Shown in pieces: positions 1 to 9,047 of a stretch of 64,000 bases of DNA. How positions within the stretch are numbered: the first letter of the stretch is position 1; each line of letters begins with the position of its first letter. The stretch covers positions 1,067-65,066 of the forward strand of contig JAHJQJ010000083.1 of NCBI GenBank assembly GCA_018819325.1. Reading direction: 5' to 3'. Made by a program: the position numbers and the translations under genes. The DNA comes from Patescibacteria group bacterium (GTDB taxonomy: Bacteria > Patescibacteriota > Microgenomatia > UBA1400 > MFAQ01). The notes under the pieces were generated by a model. It saw only the letters and a list, made by a program, of their open reading frames with translations, was not told the origin of the DNA and did not search any database.

Positions 1-1162
1 CCCAAGTGAGCGAAGCCCACATTAGCATAAGTTTGAAGGTGATGTGGATTTTACCCACAGCGTTTAAGGCGTTGGTGAGACTAGTAGAAACGGTGGCCCA
101 ACCGGCGTTGTAAAGGTATAAATATAAAGGAATAAGGGCGGGCAACCACTTGGTGTACTTGGGGATTATTTCTACCAATGGTCTTGCCAAAAAGCCCATG
201 GCTATAAAAATGGGGAATACTGCCAAACTTAGATATTTGATGTTTAGTTCTACTGCTCTTTGTAATTTTTCTTTATTGTCTTGGAGCCTGGAAAAAGCGG
301 GGAAGGCTACCTTGCTGACGTTATCCATAAATATTCTTAAGGGCATGTTGGCCCATCTACTTGCCCAGCCAATGTAACCTAAGCCTACTGGGCCGATTAG
401 TTTTCCTAAAAGTATGGTCATACCGTCGTCTTTTAAGACGGCTATAAAAGTATTGGCTTGGTATGGTAGGCCAAATTTTAGAAGTGTTTTTAAAGAGCTT
501 TTTTTGATTGTAAGTCCTGGTCGCCAAGGAGAAACTATGTACATTAAAACCAGACCAGTAATTCCCCTTAACAAAACAGCAATAGTGAAAGAGGTAATAC
601 CATAGCCCTGCCAGGCTAGATAAACGGCTACAAAGTTAAAGACCAAGGTTTCTGCAATTTGAGGAATTATTAGTTTGTTGAATTGTAATCTTCGCTCCAA
701 AAGAATTGAAGGAATGGTTTTTAGAGAGCTTAAGAAAAAAGATATACCTAAGGCGTATAAAAGATAGATTCCGCTTTGAGAGATTGAGTAGAAAGAACGA
801 ATGGTAGGAGTGGCTATTTTTAGTATCAACAAAAGAGACACAACGAGTATTTGTTGAATAGCAAAAGTTGTGGTTAGATCTTCTCTTATAATTTTAGATT
901 TTTTTTGTATTAGGGCGGCGGCTAAACCTATGTCTGAAAAATAGGTAAGAAAGTTAACTACTGAAGAGACTAGAAAAAAGATACCATAAATTTCCGGACT
1001 TAAGAAAACGGTAAGAGCTAAGGTGGCTAAAAAGGTGGTAATCTGAACAAGAAAGGTACGAGAAGTAAGTGATAAAATTCCCGATACAGATCTTTTGCTA
1101 ACTTGAGCCAAATCTATTTCTGGTGTACCTGGATCAAGTTCTAGCGGTTGGGTTTCACTCAT
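1..1162 (-). CDS. Oligosaccharide flippase (Wzx/MOP family), runs off the window's left edge
   Basis: Not in the ORF track; manual translation from ATG at 1162 gives MSETQPLELDPG...FLSPEIYG..FSDIGLAAALIQ..LLERRLQFNKL..FPAFSRLQ, typical of Wzx flippases. Confidence 0.85.
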   Translation of the reverse strand, partial: MSETQPLELDPGTPEIDLAQVSKRSVSGILSLTSRTFLVQITTFLATLALTVFLSPEIYGIFFLVSSVVNFLTYFSDIGLAAALIQKKSKIIREDLTTTFAIQQILVVSLLLILKIATPTIRSFYSISQSGIYLLYALGISFFLSSLKTIPSILLERRLQFNKLIIPQIAETLVFNFVAVYLAWQGYGITSFTIAVLLRGITGLVLMYIVSPWRPGLTIKKSSLKTLLKFGLPYQANTFIAVLKDDGMTILLGKLIGPVGLGYIGWASRWANMPLRIFMDNVSKVAFPAFSRLQDNKEKLQRAVELNIKYLSLAVFPIFIAMGFLARPLVEIIPKYTKWLPALIPLYLYLYNAGWATVSTSLTNALNAVGKIHITFKLMLMWASLTW

Positions 1163-2945
1163 TTTTAGAATAGATTATTTTAAATAATACAAGTAACGAT
1201 AAAAGACTGACAAGGTCTGATGCGTGCCGTACAAGTGTTTTGTGAAGTTTAACACTAATATTGGACACACCCCGATTGAGGTCAATTATTATTCTGCCCA
1301 GATCTTCATCTGTTTGATACTGGACTTGTTTATTATTTATTTTTACCTTCATGCCAGGATAGCCAAAGATTGGAATCATTAACTTGGCGTTTTCTGTGGA
1401 TACGTTGGTGGTGAAAGTTGTCCAATTACTACCCCTTTTTAGATCTAGGACTCCTCCATTGCCTTCTATAAACTGAGGAATGCTGAAACCTGCGTCACCT
1501 GGAGGGCGAGAGGCAGTTTTAGGCAGGTAGTCAAAAATTCCACCCGTGACTTGGAGCTCCCAAAGCCAACCTGAAAGTTTTTCTTCTCTGGTAATGTTGA
1601 CCGGATAGTCCATTTTGAAAAATGGCAAGTTCCAAAGGATGACGCCAGTGATTAAGAGAGTTGCCAGGATTTTTCTTTTGTCATCTCGACCGAAGTGAAA
1701 CGAAGTGGAGAGATCCCTGTGGCTGGTAGTCTTACAGTTGAGAGGGATTCCTCCACTACGCTCTGCTCCGGTCGGAATGACAGAGGAGTCTGGTTCTTTA
1801 CCTATAAACATAAAAAGTGCTCCTGCCGTGAATGACATTAGAAAAACCGGAATAGTGAGGAGGCGCCAAGGAAATTGGGTGTAATAAAGGATTGGTAAAT
1901 TGTCCCAGAACCAGACCGAACGGGAATGAACTAAAAAAGTGTAAGCCAAAGACACTGCCAGTAATAAGCCAATGAGTAAGTGTAATCGTCGTTCTTTTTT
2001 ATGTTTCTTGAAACGAAACAGAGCTAATAGACCCACTATACCAGCGGAGATCCAGTGAAAATGACCAAGGGGGAAAGCCATATCGTCATCTGGACCCCAG
2101 AGTGAACTGCCATAGTCCCAAAATCTACTTATAAACATTTGCTTTAAATCGGCAAAGTGGGCCAAGTAGTTAAAGTAGCCAACTGTTATGGATTCTACGT
2201 GAACGGAAGATTTTTCTAAAATTACCGGAATAAAGAAAAAAGCTGACAAACCTATGGCTAAGAGGCCACCAAGAACTAAGAGTTTTAAGTTTTTCCAGGT
2301 TTTCTTTTGCCAAAACCAGAAAAGAGACCAAATTACTGCTACTGGGGCAAAAATCATGGTCATTATGTTGTGTGAAAGCAGGAGGGCGGCAATAGAAAGA
2401 GAAAGGCCCAAGAAATATTTACGGTTGTATTTACTTGCTTTGATTAGTTTGTAGCTAAACAAGAGAATTAATGGAAACCAGACCATGCCCCAAGCTTCGT
2501 TCATGGCTCCACGGACGTAGACGTCTAATGAGTGATACGGAGCGTAAACGTAAAAAACGGCCGCTACCAAACCGCCCATGGTCCCAAAAAATTCGCTGGC
2601 TAAAAAATACATAAAGTAACCAGAAAGCAATAGAGACAGAATAAACATTACTTCAATTGAGGTGAAAAGACTGACCCCCAAAAGGTGCATTACCTCGGCT
2701 GGATAATAAGGTAATGGTGGATAAAAATGGAACATGGGGTAGCCGTAACCAAAGCCACCGTCTGGAATCCACCTGCAGGGTAACTGGCCGTCTTGAACAC
2801 ATTTGTCTAATTCGTAGAGTCTGAAGATTTGCAAGTCGTCGTGCATGGGGAAGTAGCCAGGTTTAAGTAAATCAAAAATTGCGGGAATGAAAAGTAAGGT
2901 AAGAAAAAAAATTACCTTTACTGCGCTGATTTTACCTTTTGCCAT
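1155..2945 (-). CDS. GT-C-fold multi-pass membrane protein (YfhO / PTPS-related family)
   Basis: HDD..., GYGYPMFHFYPPL and QFPWR motifs; likely start MAKGK at 2945; contains an in-frame palindromic insert. Confidence 0.75.
   Translation of the reverse strand: MAKGKISAVKVIFFLTLLFIPAIFDLLKPGYFPMHDDLQIFRLYELDKCVQDGQLPCRWIPDGGFGYGYPMFHFYPPLPYYPAEVMHLLGVSLFTSIEVMFILSLLLSGYFMYFLASEFFGTMGGLVAAVFYVYAPYHSLDVYVRGAMNEAWGMVWFPLILLFSYKLIKASKYNRKYFLGLSLSIAALLLSHNIMTMIFAPVAVIWSLFWFWQKKTWKNLKLLVLGGLLAIGLSAFFFIPVILEKSSVHVESITVGYFNYLAHFADLKQMFISRFWDYGSSLWGPDDDMAFPLGHFHWISAGIVGLLALFRFKKHKKERRLHLLIGLLLAVSLAYTFLVHSRSVWFWDNLPILYYTQFPWRLLTIPVFLMSFTAGALFMFIGKEPDSSVIPTGAERSGGIPLNCKTTSHRDLSTSFHFGRDDKRKILATLLITGVILWNLPFFKMDYPVNITREEKLSGWLWELQVTGGIFDYLPKTASRPPGDAGFSIPQFIEGNGGVLDLKRGSNWTTFTTNVSTENAKLMIPIFGYPGMKVKINNKQVQYQTDEDLGRIIIDLNRGVSNISVKLHKTLVRHASDLVSLLSLLVLFKIIYSKNE
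1680..1781. repeat. Inverted pair of REP-like palindromes inserted in frame in a CDS
   Basis: GTCATCTCGACCGAAG...GGAGAGATCCCT / AGGGATTCCTCC...GGTCGGAATGAC; encodes VIPTGAERSGGIP...RDLSTSFHFGRDD. Confidence 0.8.
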
Positions 2946-3973
2946 AGCCTGTTTATTGTACCGTAAGCTGAGTAGTAAACAAAAGGAATGATAGGAACAA
3001 GATAACGGGGAAAAAATATTCCTAAACTGAAGAGGATTAGGGAGCAGAGTATATATAAATAAATCACTCTTGATCGCCAAGAAAAGAGGCTTAATGAGAA
3101 GATTATTGGCCAAATTATCCACCAGTTTTCAACCTGTATTGTGCCATCACCCCACCAAGTTGGCCATTGGTTGAGATAGATTATTTTCCACACCCCCAAC
3201 GGTGGTGCTTGTGGACCTCCGGCCCACCAGTTGACTTGATAGCGGAAAAACTTGGCAAACGAGATTAATGATGGGTGATGAACAAAGTAGGTAAAGTTGC
3301 CGGCAAGAAAACCCAAGGCTGTCGCGGGTAAGGATTTTATTATACGAGAAAAGTGAGTAAAATCACCGGTGAGGGTGGTGTCGACTATCAAAGCAAGAAA
3401 TAAAGGGATACTGGATGGAAAAAACTTAATGCTGATTGAGAGACCAAGGAATAAACAAGTAAGAAGTGACCATTTGAATGAGTGATTGGCCGATCGGAAG
3501 CGCTGGTATGAAAGAAGTGTTAATAAATGCAAAACAGCCAGTTGGATGTCCAATAAGGAAACTGTTAGCTGACTGAGTAACAGCGGTTCAAAGGTGATAA
3601 CTAAAGTGAGAAATGCTGATTTGGTAAATAGATAGAAAAACAGAATTAGACACAAAAAACTAAGATAAGAAATAATATACGGGTTGCCGAACAGTTTTAA
3701 TGACAAACCAAAGAAGACTTTTCCTAGAGCTGGGTGGCCTGGGAACATTTGTTCTGGGTCTTTACCGTTTACTAAAGAGTAACCCTCGACTATGTAGAGT
3801 TCGCTATCTGATAAGGTTAGTTTGGCTTTATCACCCTGAGTGTACTGTGATTGATTATAACGGTCTATTGATTTGTTGATGTCGTATGGTTTGGTATAAA
3901 GATCAATATTGCTCCAAAAAAGAAAAATGATTCGAACGATAAGAGCAAGAAGCAAGAATCTTTTTATCCACAT
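2918..3973 (-). CDS. GT-C/PMT-like membrane glycosyltransferase
   Basis: SDSELY, HPALGK, LLD and PRY motifs; multiple TM segments. Confidence 0.6.
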   Translation of the reverse strand: MWIKRFLLLALIVRIIFLFWSNIDLYTKPYDINKSIDRYNQSQYTQGDKAKLTLSDSELYIVEGYSLVNGKDPEQMFPGHPALGKVFFGLSLKLFGNPYIISYLSFLCLILFFYLFTKSAFLTLVITFEPLLLSQLTVSLLDIQLAVLHLLTLLSYQRFRSANHSFKWSLLTCLFLGLSISIKFFPSSIPLFLALIVDTTLTGDFTHFSRIIKSLPATALGFLAGNFTYFVHHPSLISFAKFFRYQVNWWAGGPQAPPLGVWKIIYLNQWPTWWGDGTIQVENWWIIWPIIFSLSLFSWRSRVIYLYILCSLILFSLGIFFPRYLVPIIPFVYYSAYGTINRLWQKVKSAQ

Positions 3974-3983
3974 AAATGTTATT

Positions 3984-4238
3984 TTAGAACAAGAAGAGGC
4001 GGTATGCGTCGCGCCGATGGGAAAGACTTAAAATAATTAGTTCTTTTTTATTGAAGGTATAAAGAATACGATGGTTGCCCACCCGAAGACGCCAGTTTTC
4101 TCTGCCAGCTAATTTTTTGGAGTTTGGAGACATTGGGTTTTCTGACAACTTGACAATACTACCAGTTAATAAGATACGCATTTGAGGCGGTAGTTTCTTG
4201 ATCTGTTTTTTGGCTTTGGAGGAAAGAAGAATTTCCAT
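3984..4238 (-). CDS. Type II toxin, RelE/ParE family
   Basis: KKLAGRENWRLRVGNHRILY...HRRDAY. Confidence 0.85.
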   Translation of the reverse strand: MEILLSSKAKKQIKKLPPQMRILLTGSIVKLSENPMSPNSKKLAGRENWRLRVGNHRILYTFNKKELIILSLSHRRDAYRLFLF

Positions 4239-4495
4239 TAAGCTTTTTGGATTTCTTCTAAAACTTTTTTAAAAGGCGTTCTTTTTAGATTTATGGTTTC
4301 GTCAAACTCTATGTTGTCTAAGTAGTCCTCGTACGCTTCCTGGAGTGCAAATAAATACTGGGGGCTTACAACAACTACCTTTGGTTTACTGTTTTGTACG
4401 ATATTGACAAACCCATTATCTTCAGCCTCGTTTAAAATTTTAGAGGTTTTTTGTCTTAAATCTGTTACTGAATATGTGTTTAAATTTGTATACAT
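4238..4495 (-). CDS. Type II antitoxin, Phd/YefM family
   Basis: SVTDLRQKTSKIL..IVQNSKPKVVVVS; 1-nt overlap with the toxin; TTGACA promoter upstream. Confidence 0.8.
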   Translation of the reverse strand: MYTNLNTYSVTDLRQKTSKILNEAEDNGFVNIVQNSKPKVVVVSPQYLFALQEAYEDYLDNIEFDETINLKRTPFKKVLEEIQKA

Positions 4496-4516
4496 ACTTG
4501 TATATTATTGCACACA

Positions 4517-5110
4517 CTATTGATTGTCAAGGCTTTGCCAGAGATAACGACTGGCTAGGGTGCGGTACGGAGACCATTTTTTGGCTATTATTATCATGGC
4601 CTTTAGATTTTCTCTGTCTAGTTTATATAACTTGCTCATGGCAGTTCTTATTCCTAAATCTCCTACCGGAAAGACGTCTGGACGATTAAGTGAGAACATT
4701 AAGATCATGTTGGCACTCCAAGGACCGATGCCTTTGATACTAGTGAGTTGGTCTATTACTTCTTGGTCAGTGGATTTTTTAAGTTTATTTACATCTAATT
4801 CCCCTGAAATAATGGCGGTGGCCACGTTTTGAATGTAGGATGATTTTTGCCCGGACAAACCCACGCTTTTTAGCTGATCAATGGTAAGTTTAAGGGTATT
4901 TTTGGGGGTGATCGAGTTTTTGAATAGTTTTTTGAATCTAGCGTAGATACTAGCGGCAGACGCCAAAGATAGTTGTTGATTTATAATTGACTCTATTAAG
5001 TCTGTAAATATGTCCCCTGTTTTGGGCCAGTTAAATGGCGGGTAATTTTTTATTAGTTTTTTTAATACTGGATCTTGGGAAAGATGTGTTAAAGCTATTG
5101 CGTTGTTCAT
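4517..5110 (-). CDS. DNA-3-methyladenine glycosylase II (AlkA-like, HhH-GPD)
   Basis: SIINQQLS, IKGIGPWSA and VFPVGDLG motifs; start placed at MNNAIA (alternatives up to 5149). Confidence 0.85.
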   Translation of the reverse strand: MNNAIALTHLSQDPVLKKLIKNYPPFNWPKTGDIFTDLIESIINQQLSLASAASIYARFKKLFKNSITPKNTLKLTIDQLKSVGLSGQKSSYIQNVATAIISGELDVNKLKKSTDQEVIDQLTSIKGIGPWSANMILMFSLNRPDVFPVGDLGIRTAMSKLYKLDRENLKAMIIIAKKWSPYRTLASRYLWQSLDNQ

Positions 5111-5233
5111 GTTTGATGCTTTCATTTTCAAACCGTGACAATTTGTCACGGTTTCAACTGTACGATTTTTTCGTACACTTGATTGTACTATTTTTATACC
5201 GAATACTATCCGAAGTCAATAGTAAGTTTTAGT

Positions 5234-6820
5234 CTATTTGATTAACTGGTAGACCTGGAGTTCTTCTTGGGTTCCATCTGGGCGGGCAGGTTTGGGGTAG
5301 GTTTTGATTAACTCTAGTTTTTGAAGATCATGGGGTTTTAAATTATTTCTTGATTTATTGATTACTAAGAAAATTAGATTTTCTTTGGAAGTATTTTCTA
5401 ACGCCTCTGGGATTTTTACAGCCGGTTGACCAATACCAATAACGGTAATGTTTGGACGACCTTCTGTATAGATTTGCAGACCGTCTGGCAGGGTACCGAA
5501 GTAGCCTTCTGCGCCCACCACTATAGTTTTACCTTGATTAGATAGATTGATTAGGTAATTAGCAAAGTCTTTTTGCCCCCAACCAGCGGTCCATTCTTCT
5601 AGGTAACCATGACGCATACGGCTGGGCATGTTGATTTCTGCTGGTTTAAATATGTAGAAAACCGAGGTAATTAGAGGGAACAGAAGAACGAGCAAGATTA
5701 AAAGAGTTTGTTTTTTTACTTTTTTACTAATCCAGACGAGACCAAGAGAGGTTAATATGATTAGGGGTAGGACTGCAAAGTAAAGATATCTTGGGGTGTA
5801 AACCTTGGCGATTAATGCTTGGGCTATTAGGGGTGTCATAGAGATTGTTAAAATTGCTAGGGCCTTTCTTCTAGTTTCTTTTTTTGAGAAAGAAAGAAGT
5901 GCTGACAAGGCTATGGGTGGAGTAAGTAAGGTGAAAATCCAAGAAAGGGTTGACTTTAAGTTACCGGTAAAGGGGTTCAGGGGGTGTTGTAGTACTTCTG
6001 AGAATGAAAATAAATAGTCTTGGTTTCTTGAACCCACCATGTTGAAATTGGAACCTAATCGCAAAATATTATAAATTGCTTGGGAAATAACAAAAGCTAA
6101 AAGCCAGCCAGCGAGCAATTTAATTGCACTTCGGAAGTGCAATTTTTTGAAGAAGAAGATGGCGAGGATGGGTTGCCAGAGGTAGAAAAATATGGCGGGG
6201 GACTTGGTTAGAAAAGCTAAGCCTAAAATTACTCCTAAGATCATTGCCAGATCTAGTCTGGGTTTTTTTACATACAAGTAACCAATGACCAATGACCAGA
6301 TTCCAAACATGGCCAACATACTATCTACTAGGGCTAGTCTGTCGAAGAAAACTGTGTATGGAGTAATGGCGTATAAAAGACCGGTTACTAGACTAATTTT
6401 AAGAGAGGAGAATAATAAATAGGAGAGAGTGGTTAACCCCAAAAGACTACCAAAACCTGCTAATACTGAAAGAACCCTACCAGCTATGACTGGGTCGTTG
6501 AAGATCTTAAACATGGGGATCATGGCCCACATAAAAAGTGGTTGCTTGCCGTCTTGAAGTGGTAAAAATCTTAAGGTTGGTTCTGATCTCATAACCTGGG
6601 CCCAACGAATGTAAATGGCTTCGTCTACAAAAACAGGCAGGCCGTTTAAATTAATCAGGCGGAGGACAAAGAAGGCGACGATCGTTGCGGTGAGGGCGAT
6701 GGTGTGCCAGAGTTTTGGTTTGGGGAATGTTGGCTTGAGGAATGTTGGCTTGAGGAATGTTAGCTTGGGGAGTTTTGACTTGAGGAATGTTGGCTTGGGG
6801 GGGTTTAAAAACTTTTTCAT
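5234..6820 (-). CDS. ArnT/GT39-like GT-C glycosyltransferase
   Basis: FVDEAIY, DGKQPLF, FFDRLALVD and PRY motifs. Confidence 0.75.
   Translation of the reverse strand: MKKFLNPPKPTFLKSKLPKLTFLKPTFLKPTFPKPKLWHTIALTATIVAFFVLRLINLNGLPVFVDEAIYIRWAQVMRSEPTLRFLPLQDGKQPLFMWAMIPMFKIFNDPVIAGRVLSVLAGFGSLLGLTTLSYLLFSSLKISLVTGLLYAITPYTVFFDRLALVDSMLAMFGIWSLVIGYLYVKKPRLDLAMILGVILGLAFLTKSPAIFFYLWQPILAIFFFKKLHFRSAIKLLAGWLLAFVISQAIYNILRLGSNFNMVGSRNQDYLFSFSEVLQHPLNPFTGNLKSTLSWIFTLLTPPIALSALLSFSKKETRRKALAILTISMTPLIAQALIAKVYTPRYLYFAVLPLIILTSLGLVWISKKVKKQTLLILLVLLFPLITSVFYIFKPAEINMPSRMRHGYLEEWTAGWGQKDFANYLINLSNQGKTIVVGAEGYFGTLPDGLQIYTEGRPNITVIGIGQPAVKIPEALENTSKENLIFLVINKSRNNLKPHDLQKLELIKTYPKPARPDGTQEELQVYQLIK
6716..6800. 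repeat. 15-bp coding tandem repeat (about 5 units, KPTFL-like)
   Basis: Repeated CTTGAGGAATGTTGG-like units in the N-terminal coding region. Confidence 0.75.
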
Positions 6821-7572
6821 TAGTTGTATTTACCTTTAAGGTCGTTTAATTTTACGGTTATTATTTGATTAAACATGTCGATTGACTCGGTTATGAAATT
6901 TTTACCTTTGCCGGTGGAGACGTCTTCGTTTTGCCAGACTACATCAACTTCTTTTAGTTTGTGACCTGTTTTTTCTGCTAGAAATAGCAGTTCTACGTCG
7001 TAGGCGGAGACGGTCCAACCTTTGGCATTTTTGGCATTTTTTATTACGGATAATTTGGGAAAGATTTGTAAAGCTATTTCTCTCTTTAATGATTTAAAGC
7101 CGCACTGGGTGTCTGAGATATTTTTTAGCAAGAATGTTTGACGGACGACTCTGAAACCCCAAGAGGTGAGTTGACGAACAAATGGGAAATTTTTTCTAGC
7201 CTTACCTCTGGAACCAAAAACTACGTTAAAACCTTTTTTATACCAAGGAAGAAGTTTTTCTATTTCTTTTAGTGGCGTGGACTGATCCATGTCTGCAAAT
7301 AAAACTATTTCTCCCTTAGCTTTTTTTATACCACTCCAAAGACCCTGGGCTTTACCACCATGATTGCCTTTGATTAGTTTGAAACCTTTATGATTATTTA
7401 CAAAGCTTTCTAGAATTTTTATACTGCCATCGGTAGAGCCGTCGTCGTTTATTATTACTTCCCAAGTAAATTTGGCCTTTCTAAGATAATTTACAACTTC
7501 TTCTAGCACCCCACGCTCTAGATTTTCCTTTTCGTTATAGTTGGGGATAATTATGGAGACCTTGGGCTTCAT
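6820..7572 (-). CDS. GT2 polyprenyl-phosphate glycosyltransferase (DPG/DPM-synthase-like)
   Basis: IIIPNYNE, DDGSTD, FADMD, DTQCGFK. Confidence 0.85.
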   Translation of the reverse strand: MKPKVSIIIPNYNEKENLERGVLEEVVNYLRKAKFTWEVIINDDGSTDGSIKILESFVNNHKGFKLIKGNHGGKAQGLWSGIKKAKGEIVLFADMDQSTPLKEIEKLLPWYKKGFNVVFGSRGKARKNFPFVRQLTSWGFRVVRQTFLLKNISDTQCGFKSLKREIALQIFPKLSVIKNAKNAKGWTVSAYDVELLFLAEKTGHKLKEVDVVWQNEDVSTGKGKNFITESIDMFNQIITVKLNDLKGKYN

Positions 7573-7577
7573 GCGGT

Positions 7578-9047
7578 TTATTGTAGCCTAAGGCGACGGT
7601 GGACTTCTATGCCACCGAAATTTTCTTGTTTATTGATTTCACCGATACCTGACTGGCGGTCCATCCAAGCCTGAAGTCGTTCTGGGTGAGGTGGATCGAC
7701 CTCGCTAAGTGTAATCAGTAAGGGGACAAGTTCTTTGCTTGGTTGGCGGTCATATTTTTTTGGACCGTACCACAAAAATAAATAGTCGTAAGCGTGAGGA
7801 ATTACCGGCGGAACGTAAACGTCGATATTGAAAGGTTCGTTACCAGCTTGCTGGTAAACCCAATCGATGGTCTGGAGTTGATTACCAAAACTAATATTTT
7901 CTGGGCCAGAGAAACTAGAGTTAAGATAGTTCTTTAATAGAATAAAGTTTGGCTTGGCGAATAGAAATAAAATAATTACAGGAATTATAGCCCAATGTTT
8001 TTTGGTAAATAGATGTGCGATACTGCCTGAAACTAGAATAATAAATATGGGAAAAAGACCAACGAGATAGTAGCTATAAAAATTACCTTGATTGCCTCTA
8101 TAAAAACTTAAAACCAGAAGTGGAAAGAATAATAACCAGAGCAGAAGATAATTAATTGAAGTTTTGTATTTTTTGGTAGTTAATGAGACAAAGAGAACTA
8201 AAACTAAAACTAAAGTTAGATACAGATAGTTTTGAGGAATCAAGAGGGTGGCAAAAGTATCTTGATAGAAATGCCAACGGTCAATTGTCTTTGGAATAGA
8301 AAAGATAAAACTTGGATTGGTAGAGTCGGCGAAGTGTTTTATTATAGCCTTGAACATTATGTGGTCATGGCGAAAGTCGAATAAAACCTGGGGGATGAGG
8401 GTTAAAAGAAATACAAAAACCGAGGAAATTAAGGTTTTGACAGATGGCCAGTATTTTTTTTGGAACAAGAAAAACAGAAAAACGGCGGGGATAAACCAGA
8501 TTTCTGAGGCAATCTCTAGTTGAAGGTTTAGACCTAGCATGAGGGCAGTAATGGGCCAGTAGAGTGATGTTTTTTTGGCTTTAATTATTTGAATTAGGCT
8601 GTAGATCATGATGGGGACGGTGGTAAAAATGAGTGAGGGTTCAGAAAGCCAACGAGATAGGGAGACTAAGTGGTTTGAAAACCCTAATAAAAATACAGCT
8701 ACCAGACCAGCCGTGGGAGAAAATAAAGCCTTAGCAGAGAGATAGATAAAGTAGAGACCAACCATGTTGATTATCTGCAACCATATGGCCGCAACTATTG
8801 GACTCCCCTGCCCTATTAGGTAACCTGGAAGAAGAAGGTAATAGAATAAAGGACCCCGTAAGATTCCGGCAAGGCCGGTGGTGGGGCCAACTAAAACTGG
8901 CTTAGGTGTGTGGATCATTTCGTGGATAATTAGAGCATCTCTTCCTTGATCAAAATAAAATCTTAGAAGTGCGTCGGTACGATAAGAGCGAACAAAAAAA
9001 GCACCGAGGAGGAGGATTGCCAAAATTATTTTGTGTTTATTTTGCAT
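7578..9047 (-). CDS. ArnT/GT39-like GT-C glycosyltransferase
   Basis: FDQGRD...GPLFYYL; multi-TM. Confidence 0.75.
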   Translation of the reverse strand: MQNKHKIILAILLLGAFFVRSYRTDALLRFYFDQGRDALIIHEMIHTPKPVLVGPTTGLAGILRGPLFYYLLLPGYLIGQGSPIVAAIWLQIINMVGLYFIYLSAKALFSPTAGLVAVFLLGFSNHLVSLSRWLSEPSLIFTTVPIMIYSLIQIIKAKKTSLYWPITALMLGLNLQLEIASEIWFIPAVFLFFLFQKKYWPSVKTLISSVFVFLLTLIPQVLFDFRHDHIMFKAIIKHFADSTNPSFIFSIPKTIDRWHFYQDTFATLLIPQNYLYLTLVLVLVLFVSLTTKKYKTSINYLLLWLLFFPLLVLSFYRGNQGNFYSYYLVGLFPIFIILVSGSIAHLFTKKHWAIIPVIILFLFAKPNFILLKNYLNSSFSGPENISFGNQLQTIDWVYQQAGNEPFNIDVYVPPVIPHAYDYLFLWYGPKKYDRQPSKELVPLLITLSEVDPPHPERLQAWMDRQSGIGEINKQENFGGIEVHRRLRLQ

